DNA of 64,000 nucleotides from Candidatus Versatilivorator sp. (GTDB taxonomy: Bacteria > Acidobacteriota > Terriglobia > Versatilivoradales > Versatilivoraceae): positions 1,536,001-1,600,000 of the forward strand of contig OZ242296.1 in NCBI GenBank assembly GCA_965207735.1. The letters are read 5' to 3'. Position numbers and translations under genes: made by a program. The stretch's first letter is position 1. Each line of letters begins with the position of its first letter. Below the pieces are notes generated by a model. That model was given only the letters and a program-made list of their open reading frames with translations, was not told where the DNA came from and searched no databases. This document shows positions 48,700 through 58,713 of the stretch, piece after piece.

Positions 48700-51600
48700 C
48701 TATCCCTGGCCGGAAACCCTGTTCCCGGGCAGGAACCAACTGTAAAGCGCCGGCAGCAACAGCAGCGTCAGGATCGTCGAGCTGATCAGACCGCCAATGA
48801 CCACTGTAGCCAGTGGGCGTTGCACCTCGGCCCCGATCGAGGTTGCCGTCGCCATGGGCAGGAACCCGACACTGGCAAGTACCGAAGTCATCAGAACCGG
48901 TCGCAGTCGGGTGACGGCGCCCTCAACCACCGCCTCGCGAATCGAACGCCCCTTTTCCAGCAGGGAGTTGTTGGTCGAAACCATCACCAGGCCGTCCAGC
49001 ACGGCCACTCCGAATACCGCGATAAAACCGATCGAGGCCGAAACATTCAGGTTCATTCCCCGCATCCACAGCGCCGCGATCCCGCCGACGGAGGCGAACG
49101 GAACGATGAGCAACACCAGTAACGATTGCCTGGCCGATTGAAAGGTGAGGTACAACAGCACAAAAATCACCAGCAGGACCGCCGGCAGGACCAGCGACAG
49201 CCGCTGCATGGCCCGCTGCTGATTCTCGAACTGGCCACCCCAACTCATGTAGTAGCCTGCCGGCAGATCCACGGCCGCTTGAATGCGACCTTGAGCTTCG
49301 GCGACGAAGCCGCCCACGTCTCGCCCGCGGACATTGCACTGCACCACGATGCGGCGCTGGCTGTCTTCACGATGGACCACCTCGGGCCCGCTGGAGCGAC
49401 GAATCTCGGCGACGCGGCCAAGCGAGACCTGCTCGCCTGCCGGCGCTGACAGGAGAATGCTTCCGAGCGCATCGCGGTCCCTGCGATAAGACTCAGGCAA
49501 CCGCACGGCGATCTGAAAGCGGCGGCGGCCATCGATGACTTCCGTCACCGGCTTGCCGCCCACCGCCGCCTGCACCACGTCACGCACGTCGGACACATTG
49601 AGGCCGTAACGGGCCAGTTCCTCTCGGTCCACCACCACCTGCCACTCGGCCGCGCCGGAAAAGACCTGCTTCTGCACGTCGGCGGCGCCGCGCACCTGCC
49701 CCAGTACGCGCAGCACCTGGTCGGCCGAACGGTCAAGCGTTTGCTCGTGGGGACCGAAGATCTTGACCGCAACGTCCGCACGCACGCCGGAAATGGTCTC
49801 GTCCAGGCGCATCGCCATCGGCTGAGTGAAGTTGTAAACGACTCCGGGAATCGTCGACAGTTCCGCCGAGAAGGCTTGGGTCAATCCTTCCTTGGTGTCG
49901 GCCGTGCTCCATTGTTCACGCGGCTTCAGGTTCACGTACACATCGCTTTCGTAGATCCCCATGGCCTCGGTGGCCAGGTCGGGCCGCCCCAGCTTGCTGA
50001 CCACCCCCGTCACTTCGGGAAACTCGAGCAACGTCCTTTCCACTTCGAGCCCGATGTCCACCGATTCCGACAGGGAGACGCTGGGAAGCCGAAGCACCTG
50101 AACCAGCACCGACCCCTCGTCGAGGCGCGGCATGAATTCAGTGCCGATGAAACGCAGCGAACCCAGGGCGGCGGCGACAAGCAGCGAACCCGCGGTGACC
50201 ACAAGCACCCGGTGATCCAGCGCGCGGTCAACGATGCGCCCGTAGACCTGCCGCGCGCGGTCCATATAAGGCTCCCTGGACTTGCCGGCGGTGCGTCCCA
50301 GCAACAGCCGGGAAGCCGCCGGCACCGCCGCCAGGGCCAGCACCAGCGAGCCCAGCAACGCCGCGCACACGGTAACGGCCATGGGGCGATACATGCGCCC
50401 TTCCAGCCCCTGCAAGCTCAGGATGGGAACGTAAACGGCGATGATGATGCCGACGCCCATCAGGATGGGCCGGGACACCTGGTGCGCCGCGGAGCGCACC
50501 AGGCCCAGATTCGCGGCTCCGGCCAGTGGCAAGTAAGGGTCCGGACGCGCATTCAGGCGCCGCACGTAATTCTCGACCATGATCACCGAGCCATTGACGA
50601 TCACGCCGAAGTCGACCGCTCCCAGGCTCATCAGGTTGGCGGTGACGCCAAACCACCGCATGATCAGGAACGCGGCCAGCATCGACAGCGGAATCACCGC
50701 CGCCACGATTAGCGAAGCGCGAAGGTTGCCCAGAAACAGGAACAGAATCGCCACCACCAGCGCCCCGCCCTGGAGCAGGTTGTAGCGCACCGTGCGTATG
50801 GTCCCGTCGATCACCACCGACTGGTCGTAGAAGGGAACGATCCTCACACCCTCGGGAAGCGAACGGCCAATCCCGCCGAGCGCCTGCTTGACGCGCTCGA
50901 TGACCGTCTTGCTGTTCTGGCCCTTGAGCATGATCACCATGCCCGAGACCGTCTCCCCCTCGCCGTCGCGGGTGACCGCCCCTTGCCGCGGCATCTTCCC
51001 GACCTTGACCTCGGCCACATCACGCAGATAGACCGCGGTTCCCTGGTGGGCCGCCAGGACGATCGTCCTCAAGTCCCGCTCGCTCTCCACTCGGCCCAGG
51101 CCGCGCACGGTGTACTGCTCCGAGGCGTGCTCGACGAATCCCCCTCCGAAGTTATCGTTGTTATCCCGAACGCGCTCGAACACGTCACGCAGCGTCAGTC
51201 CGTGAACGTGCAGCCGGTAAGGATCCACTTCGATCTCGTACTGCCGGGTGTGGCCGCCCCAGGTGTTGATGCCGACCACGCCCGGCACGGCCTGCAGTTG
51301 GTAACTGATCTCCCAGTCGTGGAGCGTCTTCAGTTCCATGGCGCTGTAGCCTTCCCCTTCCAGCGTGTACTGATACACCTCGCCGAAGGGCGTCGCCAAC
51401 GGCCCCAGGGCCGGCTCCAAGCCGGCCGGAATCCGGTCTCGCGCCTGGTTAAGCCGCTCGTTGACAAGTTGCCGCGCGAAGTAGTTGTCCACGCTGTCGG
51501 CAAAAACGATGGTGACCATGGAAAGGCCCAACTTGGAAATCGAGCGTACTTCCTCGGTATCGGGAAGGCCCATCATGGACGACTCTATGGGAAAGGTCAC

Positions 51601-51792
51601 CAGCTGCTCGACCTCTACCGGCGCCATGCCCGAAGCTTCGGTGATGACCGTGACCTGGTTGTTGGTGAGGTCGGGAAAAGCGTCGATGGGAATTCGGTAA
51701 AGAGCGCTGAGGCCGGCCGCGACAAGCACCGCCAAACCCAACAGGACAACCCCGGGGTGATCGAGGTGGTAGTCGATGATGCGCCTGAGCAT
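48700..51792 (-). CDS. czcA: CzcA/CusA-family heavy-metal RND transporter
   Basis: IPIDAFPD, ANLMSLGAVDFG, FMPRLDEG, RLRPVLMT, QRPLATVVIGG. Confidence 0.93.
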   Translation of the reverse strand: MLRRIIDYHLDHPGVVLLGLAVLVAAGLSALYRIPIDAFPDLTNNQVTVITEASGMAPVEVEQLVTFPIESSMMGLPDTEEVRSISKLGLSMVTIVFADSVDNYFARQLVNERLNQARDRIPAGLEPALGPLATPFGEVYQYTLEGEGYSAMELKTLHDWEISYQLQAVPGVVGINTWGGHTRQYEIEVDPYRLHVHGLTLRDVFERVRDNNDNFGGGFVEHASEQYTVRGLGRVESERDLRTIVLAAHQGTAVYLRDVAEVKVGKMPRQGAVTRDGEGETVSGMVIMLKGQNSKTVIERVKQALGGIGRSLPEGVRIVPFYDQSVVIDGTIRTVRYNLLQGGALVVAILFLFLGNLRASLIVAAVIPLSMLAAFLIMRWFGVTANLMSLGAVDFGVIVNGSVIMVENYVRRLNARPDPYLPLAGAANLGLVRSAAHQVSRPILMGVGIIIAVYVPILSLQGLEGRMYRPMAVTVCAALLGSLVLALAAVPAASRLLLGRTAGKSREPYMDRARQVYGRIVDRALDHRVLVVTAGSLLVAAALGSLRFIGTEFMPRLDEGSVLVQVLRLPSVSLSESVDIGLEVERTLLEFPEVTGVVSKLGRPDLATEAMGIYESDVYVNLKPREQWSTADTKEGLTQAFSAELSTIPGVVYNFTQPMAMRLDETISGVRADVAVKIFGPHEQTLDRSADQVLRVLGQVRGAADVQKQVFSGAAEWQVVVDREELARYGLNVSDVRDVVQAAVGGKPVTEVIDGRRRFQIAVRLPESYRRDRDALGSILLSAPAGEQVSLGRVAEIRRSSGPEVVHREDSQRRIVVQCNVRGRDVGGFVAEAQGRIQAAVDLPAGYYMSWGGQFENQQRAMQRLSLVLPAVLLVIFVLLYLTFQSARQSLLVLLIVPFASVGGIAALWMRGMNLNVSASIGFIAVFGVAVLDGLVMVSTNNSLLEKGRSIREAVVEGAVTRLRPVLMTSVLASVGFLPMATATSIGAEVQRPLATVVIGGLISSTILTLLLLPALYSWFLPGNRVSGQG

Positions 51793-51835
51793 GTGGCTGA
51801 TTCCGGCGGGCTCCGCGACCCGACCGCCGCGGTGG

Positions 51836-53113
51836 CTATTCTTCGATCATTTGAGCTTTCAGCAGCTCGGACTTGAGGTGAAAGGCGCCGGTGACCGCCA
51901 GCTTCTCACCCGCCTGCAGCCCGCTCACGATTTCGATACCGGACTTGGACCGTCGGCCGACCCGGATCCGGCGGGCTCGAAAGGAATGCTCTCCCTCCGA
52001 CACGAACAGGACATCTCTCCCTTCCACGTTTTGCAGCGCCGCAAGCGGCGCCACCACCGCTTCCCTGCTGCCGCCGGCGCGTATGGTGAGGGTCGCCAAC
52101 ATCTCTGCCTTGAGCTGCCGTCCGGGATTTCTCAACTCGCAGCGTACCTCGACGGTTCGCGTCTCCGGCTCGAGCGCGTCACTGATGTAGCTGATGCGAG
52201 CCGGGAAAATCTTGCCCGGATAAGCCCGCACCGACACCTCCACATCCAGTCCCTTCCGCAGCGATGAGAGATGCTGTTCCGGGACCTGAGCGATGACCCA
52301 CAGGCTCCGCAAGTCGCTGATGACGTATAGCGAATCCGACGGCGTTACCACGGCGCCCGGACTGACCATTCGCTGAATGACGGTGCCCGTGACCGGGGAA
52401 CGCACCTCGATCAAGTGGGCCTCTTCATGGGCGCCCCGGCCCTCGACGGCGTGCTCATCGGCCGCGCCGGGCAGTCGCTCGGGGGGGAGCCCCAAGTAGC
52501 GAAGGTGGTTTTCGGCGCGCTCTATTCCGGCCTTGGCAACCTCTAGAAACATCTCGGCGCTGCGAAACTCGGCCTCGGCCTCCTGCACCTTCTGCAGGGA
52601 GCCGGCCTTCAACTCATGAAGGCGGGAAGCCCTCTGGTAAAATTTCTCAGCGAACCGAAGCTCCGTCTGCCGTCGTTCCAACTCGGCCCTGGCTTCCCAG
52701 TAGGAGGATTCAGCATCATGGATCTCGTGGCTGTGGAGGCGGGCCAGCACCTGTCCTTTTTGGACGTCGCTGCCCACCGACTCGCAACAGCCGACAACGA
52801 TGCCCTCGGTAAACGAGCCCACGCGCGCGGTGGCGTTCTGGTTGACCGTGACTCGCCCCGACACCTCCAGGTCCTCTTCGACGCTTCTGATTTCGGCCTC
52901 TCCAAGTCTGATGTCGGCGATTCGCATCGCCTTCCGGTCGAGACGAATCAAGTCGGGGTCGGAAGCTGCCTGAGCCTCGACTTTCTCCGTTATGGATGCC
53001 GGTTGGGAGCAACCACCCAGCGCGATCATCAGAATCGCGGGCGCCGCCTCCTGGAGTACTCGCCGGATTGCAGGTTCCGGGGATCGCATCCTTGCTGGTG
53101 TCCACTGAAACAC
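51836..53113 (-). CDS. czcB: RND periplasmic adaptor (CzcB-like)
   Basis: VRSPVTGTV, ETRTVEVR, GLQAGEKLAVTGAFHLKSE; start uncertain. Confidence 0.9.
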   Translation of the reverse strand: MFQWTPARMRSPEPAIRRVLQEAAPAILMIALGGCSQPASITEKVEAQAASDPDLIRLDRKAMRIADIRLGEAEIRSVEEDLEVSGRVTVNQNATARVGSFTEGIVVGCCESVGSDVQKGQVLARLHSHEIHDAESSYWEARAELERRQTELRFAEKFYQRASRLHELKAGSLQKVQEAEAEFRSAEMFLEVAKAGIERAENHLRYLGLPPERLPGAADEHAVEGRGAHEEAHLIEVRSPVTGTVIQRMVSPGAVVTPSDSLYVISDLRSLWVIAQVPEQHLSSLRKGLDVEVSVRAYPGKIFPARISYISDALEPETRTVEVRCELRNPGRQLKAEMLATLTIRAGGSREAVVAPLAALQNVEGRDVLFVSEGEHSFRARRIRVGRRSKSGIEIVSGLQAGEKLAVTGAFHLKSELLKAQMIEE

Positions 53114-53115
53114 CG

Positions 53116-54444
53116 TTACTTGACCCTAGCGCCAAAACGCGCTGCTGCTGTTTGTGTCCCCTCCGAGGATAAAGGCGGAATCGATGTTCCCGTGACGGTC
53201 TCCAGATCCAACCAACTCAATCGGTGGTCGAACACCGCCTGCGAGTGGAACAGGGCGATCTCGTCCCGGGCGCGCTGGGCGTCAAGCACCTCCAGCAATT
53301 CGACCCCACCTTCCTGGTAAGCCGCATGTGCGATCCGATAAGTCTCCCGCGCGCGATCGAGCACACCGGTCTCCATCAAACGCAATAACTCCCGGCTTCG
53401 CCGTACCGCCAGCACCGCGGCGGCCACCTCCGCGCCGATGCGCGCTTCCACTGCCCGCAGGGCTGCCTCCCGACGGCGGACCTCGGCCAGTGCCTCCTCG
53501 ATCTTACCCGAGTTCTTGTCTCGAACCGGCAATGAGATCGAAAACCCGCCCATGAGAGTGTTGAACCCGGCCGTACGCTTGTAGCCAAGAAAAGGTCTCA
53601 CATCGGGCCGAGCCAGCGACCGTTGCAAGGCCAGCTCCGCACGGGCGTGCTCCAGACGAGCCCGACCGATCAGGATCTCCTGTCGTTGGATCAAGGCAGC
53701 CTCCAACACCCTCGAAGTGGCCTCGGGGGCGTCCGAGCCCCGGTTGACCGGCCGCCCCTTCGTCTGCCGCACTTCAAAGTCCGTGTTCAAGTCCGGGATC
53801 CCCATTGCCTCCAGCAAGGCAATCTTCCTGCGACTCACGTCCATCTCGGCACCGGAGATGACCAGTTCAGCCCGCCCGGCTTCGACTCGAACTTTGATCA
53901 GGTCCACCTCAGCCATGGAGCCCAGCCGTACCTGCACCTGGTGGTAGTCTTCCAGGCGTTTCAGGGTGTCACGGCTGCGCGCCAGCATTTCTACGTTGTT
54001 CACCGCGGCCAGGACTTCCCAGTAAGCCCTCTTGACCCTCTGCCGAATCCTCCAGGCGACCCGTTGGCCTGTGTGCTCGGCGATGCGTTCGTCGGCCTCG
54101 GCGAGCTGGACGCGCCGACTTCGCTTGCCCGCCGTTTCGACGGGAACGCCGACCCAGGCAAACACATCCAGGCTGCGTGAGGCCGAAAAACCCGGGGTGC
54201 CGTGGAAACGCCAGTTCTCCGTTTGAAAGGAAAACACCGGGTTTGGCTTCATCCCGGCCTGGCGTGTCGAGCCGGCTCGCGCTTCGATGGCCGCCTGGGC
54301 AGCCTCCAGGTCGCCGTGGCGCGAGAGCGCGATCTCAATGGCCTGGTCGAGGTCGAGAGTTTTGGGGAGCTGCTGACCCCGCAGGCTGAGTGTCAGACCT
54401 GCGCAGGCGAGAAGCGTGCTCGCTATAAGGTTCTTCAGATTCAT
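53116..54444 (-). CDS. czcC: TolC-family outer membrane factor (CzcC-like)
   Basis: Signal peptide; KPNPVF, AYQEGGVELLEVLDAQR; first gene of the CBA operon. Confidence 0.88.
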   Translation of the reverse strand: MNLKNLIASTLLACAGLTLSLRGQQLPKTLDLDQAIEIALSRHGDLEAAQAAIEARAGSTRQAGMKPNPVFSFQTENWRFHGTPGFSASRSLDVFAWVGVPVETAGKRSRRVQLAEADERIAEHTGQRVAWRIRQRVKRAYWEVLAAVNNVEMLARSRDTLKRLEDYHQVQVRLGSMAEVDLIKVRVEAGRAELVISGAEMDVSRRKIALLEAMGIPDLNTDFEVRQTKGRPVNRGSDAPEATSRVLEAALIQRQEILIGRARLEHARAELALQRSLARPDVRPFLGYKRTAGFNTLMGGFSISLPVRDKNSGKIEEALAEVRRREAALRAVEARIGAEVAAAVLAVRRSRELLRLMETGVLDRARETYRIAHAAYQEGGVELLEVLDAQRARDEIALFHSQAVFDHRLSWLDLETVTGTSIPPLSSEGTQTAAARFGARVK

Positions 54445-54674
54445 CGCCGTTTCCGTTCTGTTTGCTGGCGTAGCCCGTTTGGCCCGTTATGTTTCGCCGA
54501 GGTCGACGGTGTGGGTGGTCAGCGTGAAGGCTACATTTGGGCTGCCAACGAGGAGAGATGGGGGACAGATGCCAATAGGTCAGTCTAGCATCGATCATCC
54601 CACCGGGCCAGAGTGGCCTGACCCGATGCCTGACGCGAGCGCGGACGCCAAATTTGCGAGGAATGAAATGGGGG

Positions 54675-56450
54675 CTACCGATAATCCACTTGCAGTTCCA
54701 GCTTCTCGAGGAACAGAGGGTCCGAGGCTTGAGGCGACCGGCCGGTCACCCGAACTCCCACCAGGTTGGTTCCCGTGGCGAACAGATCGGGATCCAATCC
54801 CGGAAACACCAGCCAACCGTCCTCCTCAACCGGTTCCTCCAGCAGCAGGTTGTTGATCCTCACCTCGATCCGTTTCCGGATGTCCTCCAGCGGTGAACTG
54901 TTGTAGAGGTGGTTGATACGCTTGAAGAGGGCGATCAAGGCTCTGGGGATCCGATTCGGCCCCGGTGGGTCGGGCTTTACCGAGGTGTTCATCTTCTCGA
55001 TATGGAGTCCGGCCGCGGCGTCGTGGAGAATGAGCCGCAGACTGATGTCCCGAATGTTTCGAGATTCCTGCCCCAACGGATCGGCCACCCAGAGCTTCAA
55101 GAGGGTGTCGGCCTTCCCCTGGTCGTCCAACGCGGCCGGCAGTTGGGCCAACATGTTGGTATTGAGAAAGAAGCGAGGGGTCTCCCATCCGACTGTCCCG
55201 GGCGCACCGCTCCCTCCACCGCCGCGGCGCTGCACCACGAAGGTCTTGTCCTTGCGGCGGAGCCTCTCCGGATCGCCAATCTCCCGGTAGAGGCGCCGGT
55301 GCACCGGGGCCATCCTGAAATCGTGCAGCAGCGCGCCGATGCGGTCCGCGTCCTCCTTCATGGCATAGGTCCAGTTGAAGCAGTAGATCCCGTCCACCCC
55401 CTGCTGCCACCAGTTGGCGAACACCCCGCGCAGCACCTCGATGGGGGGCCAGTCGTAGCCGTCGGAGGTATGGTGCTCGTCCGATCCCCCCAGCAGCTTG
55501 ATGGGGGTTCCGGCGGTAATGCGGCGATAGGCCGCCACGTCGCCCTCGAAGGAGCGGCAGCCCAGCACAATGATGTCGAGCAACTGCCGGCTGGTCCAGG
55601 TCTCGATATCGATGCCGTCGATGCGGCAGCCTTCGATGCTGGCCGGCAGCCGGGCTGCCAGCAGGATGGGGCGGCCCCGCTGCTTGGCCGCCTCCAGGGT
55701 CAGGCGCCGGACCTTGCTCATGAAGTCTGTCAGATGGTGGCGGTGTTTCCACTGCTGGCCCAGGGGAAGCGTAATCGGACCTCGGGCAAAATCGATCTCG
55801 ATCCCGTCGAAATCGTAGTTTTCAACCACCTCGCGAAGAATGCTCAACTTGTAGTCGCGGATCTCCTGGTTGCGAAAATCCCAGAAAATCTTGCGGTCCG
55901 GAGCCCAGGGCCCGGCCAGCAACCACTCTGGGTGACGTTGCTTCATCGGAATCTCGCGGGTCACGACCAGATCGTTGTCCGAGCCGTTGACCCGGTAGGA
56001 GTAGAAGGCCTCCAGACCCCGCTCCTTGGTCGCCTCCAGGAAGATTCGCATGATGTCGACGCCCTCCTCCACCCACTTCCGGTAGCCCTCCTGGTCGTAG
56101 AGGGGCATCACCTTGCTGGGATAGGGAGACTGGTGGCCTTCGCCCCAGTTCCACCAGATGCTGTCGATCTGGCTCTCCGGGTCGTCGGCAAAGGTCAAGC
56201 TGAGCTTCACCAGGTCGCTAGGAGCGATGTCAGTGAAATTGAGGTCCCCGTGGATGGCGTCAAAATTGACCACTACCCGCCGGCGCCGCTCGATCTGGGC
56301 CAGGTGTTGGGGGGAGAGGACGAATCTTTCGCCCTCGACAACGGTGGCCTCTTCGCCTGCACATCCCGCCGCCACTGAAAAAAGCACCGCCAATACGACC
56401 GCGGCCACGGCACCTCCGGGTCTCACTCCGGTCTGTCTGTTCATGGGCAT
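54675..56450 (-). CDS. Exported GHL10-like glycoside hydrolase (probable lipoprotein)
   Basis: AAGC lipobox-like; YDFDGIEIDFAR, DGIYCFNW; paralogue of 58714-60549; start uncertain. Confidence 0.72.
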   Translation of the reverse strand: MPMNRQTGVRPGGAVAAVVLAVLFSVAAGCAGEEATVVEGERFVLSPQHLAQIERRRRVVVNFDAIHGDLNFTDIAPSDLVKLSLTFADDPESQIDSIWWNWGEGHQSPYPSKVMPLYDQEGYRKWVEEGVDIMRIFLEATKERGLEAFYSYRVNGSDNDLVVTREIPMKQRHPEWLLAGPWAPDRKIFWDFRNQEIRDYKLSILREVVENYDFDGIEIDFARGPITLPLGQQWKHRHHLTDFMSKVRRLTLEAAKQRGRPILLAARLPASIEGCRIDGIDIETWTSRQLLDIIVLGCRSFEGDVAAYRRITAGTPIKLLGGSDEHHTSDGYDWPPIEVLRGVFANWWQQGVDGIYCFNWTYAMKEDADRIGALLHDFRMAPVHRRLYREIGDPERLRRKDKTFVVQRRGGGGSGAPGTVGWETPRFFLNTNMLAQLPAALDDQGKADTLLKLWVADPLGQESRNIRDISLRLILHDAAAGLHIEKMNTSVKPDPPGPNRIPRALIALFKRINHLYNSSPLEDIRKRIEVRINNLLLEEPVEEDGWLVFPGLDPDLFATGTNLVGVRVTGRSPQASDPLFLEKLELQVDYR

Positions 56451-56636
56451 GGCTCCAAAAGGCGGCCGAATCACCCTCGAAAAACTCGCGGCGCCACTTG
56501 AATGGATTACTTACATCGATGGACAGGACATACGGGATTGCCTTCGCCAGTCCGGCATCCTGTAGTCCCGGGCATCATTTGAATGAGTGACCGACCTCGG
56601 ACAACATAATGTGCAGGATTCAATCATGTGCAGGAT

Positions 56637-57581
56637 TCAATCGCCGGCCGCTGGAGGGGCATGACCCTGCCGTTTGAAACCGTGTTTTTTCAAAAACTCG
56701 CGGGTGGAGACATGAATTCTGAGGATCTCCTCTCGGCTGAACCCCCCGTGCTTTCCCCCGGGAATGGTCACCAGCTGGTTGGGGACCCCGGACTCATCCA
56801 ATGCCCGGTGCAGGCGAAGGGCGTGTTCGTAGGGGACCACGGTATCGGCATCGCCGTGGATGGTCAATACCGGCGGCAGTCCCGGCCGGACGTAGTTCAG
56901 GGGCGAAACCCGCTTCGCGATTTCATGCCGGTCGCCCTGGCTGCCCAGCCAGGTCACGGCGTAGGACTGCATGTTCTTGCCTTCCAGCAGGTCGTCGACA
57001 TCGGTGATCCCGAACCAGTTCACGATGGCGGCCGCCTTGAGATTGTCCTCGCCCAGGCAGCGCCGGTCGAGGCTAGAGGAGGCGGGCAGCATCCCGGTGA
57101 TCAGGGAGAGATGGCCGCCGGCCGACCTTCCGGTGAGCACGATCTTGTCGGTATCGAAGTTGTATCTGTCGGCGTTCTCGATGACCCAGCGCAAGGCGCA
57201 GCGGCAATCCTCGACGGCGCCCGGAGCCAGCGACACCCTGGCCAGGCGGTACCCCACGTTGACTACGGCCCAGCCCATTTCCAGGTAGGGCAGGAAATAG
57301 AGCGGGCGCACATTCTTGTTGCCTCCGACCCAACCGCCGCCGTGAATGTAGACCACCGTGGGCGTCGGCGAAGCGGCCTGCCTCGGGCGGTAGATATCCA
57401 GTTTGGCCTCCCAGTTGTTGGCCACGAGGTAGGTGACGTCGGCCGTGACGCTGTACGAACTGAACAGGGTGGCCGCCCAGGCTTCCCTGTCCGAGATCTT
57501 GTCCCCGCCCCGAGCCTGCGGAGCAATCGCCAACAGAATCACCAGCACCAACACGCTCTTTAACCGATTGGACTTAGACAT
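56637..57581 (-). CDS. Secreted alpha/beta hydrolase (esterase/lipase, BD-FAE-like)
   Basis: IHGGGW, GRSAGGHL, IHGDAD, GKHG. Confidence 0.92.
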   Translation of the reverse strand: MSKSNRLKSVLVLVILLAIAPQARGGDKISDREAWAATLFSSYSVTADVTYLVANNWEAKLDIYRPRQAASPTPTVVYIHGGGWVGGNKNVRPLYFLPYLEMGWAVVNVGYRLARVSLAPGAVEDCRCALRWVIENADRYNFDTDKIVLTGRSAGGHLSLITGMLPASSSLDRRCLGEDNLKAAAIVNWFGITDVDDLLEGKNMQSYAVTWLGSQGDRHEIAKRVSPLNYVRPGLPPVLTIHGDADTVVPYEHALRLHRALDESGVPNQLVTIPGGKHGGFSREEILRIHVSTREFLKKHGFKRQGHAPPAAGD

Positions 57582-57644
57582 CTCTCTTGCCTCCTCGGGG
57601 ACCGCCGCTAGAATTCCTGCCGCCTCATCCACTTCCGCCGCCCT

Positions 57645-58661
57645 TCAGGACAACAGGTTCCAGATGCGGGCCGCATTCAGGCCCAGGATTTTCTCCACAT
57701 CTTCCGGACTCAGAAAAGTCATTTCCTCCCGAACCAGGGCCAGCTCCTTGGCCAGGGTGGGCCGCTCATAGTGGGCCCGGGCGGCGCCGGGGTACCCCGT
57801 CCCCCACAGAAGCTGGTCGGCTCCGAACTCCTCGTAGACCCTCTTCACCCAGGAGTAGGCTTCCCGGAACGGATACTGGGCTTCGGAAACCGAGGTGAGT
57901 TCGGAGACCTTGACCCAGACGTTGGGGTACTTGGAGAAGGCCAGCAGTTTCTTGAACTCGGGAGTGGGATCTTCCACGGTCAGATCGATCTGGGAGAGAT
58001 GATCGATACAGACCTTCACTTCCGGATGGCGGCGCACCATCTCTTCCAGTTTGGGAAGCTGTCGAGTGGAAATAAAGAAGTTGAAGACCGCACCCAGTTC
58101 GGCGGCCTTGTTCCAAAGCCTGTCCGTATCGAGGTGGTTGAGCCATCCGTCTCCCCCCTTGGCTCCGTCGAGGTAGTAGATAGGGCTGAAACGCATTCCC
58201 GAGAAGCCATGCTCCTTGACCCAATACTCGAGCCGGTCTGCCACGCCGGGATCGGTGGGGTCGATGAGCCCATGGGCCCGAAGGCGGTCCGGGTGTGCCT
58301 TGAGGCCGTCCGCCACGTAGGAGTTATCCCAGCCGTGGTAGATCACCTGCACCAGGATGCTGTGAGTCACGCCGTTGCGGTCCATGTCCTCGATGAGCAT
58401 CTCGGTGGTGCCTTCGGCGGGAATGTCGGCGTATTCAAAGTCGGGAATGTAGGGGTGCGGAAAGGGATAGCGGACAGGATCGTTTGCCCAGACGTGCATG
58501 TGGGTGTCGACGACCGGGAGCCGCGCAGGAGCCGGCCCCTCCTCGGAACGGCATCCCGCAGCCAGCATCGCACCGGCCCAACCCAGCGCTGCCGCACAGC
58601 GCCCGGTGGATTCCAGAAACTCGCGCCTGTTGACCGGTTGCATCGGATCGCCGTTGCTCAT
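57645..58661 (-). CDS. Tat-exported amidohydrolase (Amidohydro_2)
   Basis: NRREFL; DTHMHVW, IDHL, WGTGYP. Confidence 0.88.
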   Translation of the reverse strand: MSNGDPMQPVNRREFLESTGRCAAALGWAGAMLAAGCRSEEGPAPARLPVVDTHMHVWANDPVRYPFPHPYIPDFEYADIPAEGTTEMLIEDMDRNGVTHSILVQVIYHGWDNSYVADGLKAHPDRLRAHGLIDPTDPGVADRLEYWVKEHGFSGMRFSPIYYLDGAKGGDGWLNHLDTDRLWNKAAELGAVFNFFISTRQLPKLEEMVRRHPEVKVCIDHLSQIDLTVEDPTPEFKKLLAFSKYPNVWVKVSELTSVSEAQYPFREAYSWVKRVYEEFGADQLLWGTGYPGAARAHYERPTLAKELALVREEMTFLSPEDVEKILGLNAARIWNLLS

Positions 58662-58713
58662 TTCCCCTCCCGAGCCTGACCCGGTTGACAATCCCCGGCC
58701 GGCTTCACCCAGG

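Noticed and set aside
54445-54670. Small CzcI-like leader gene upstream of the TolC gene
   Set aside because: Only a weak His/Pro patch, with no convincing start or Cys-rich motif
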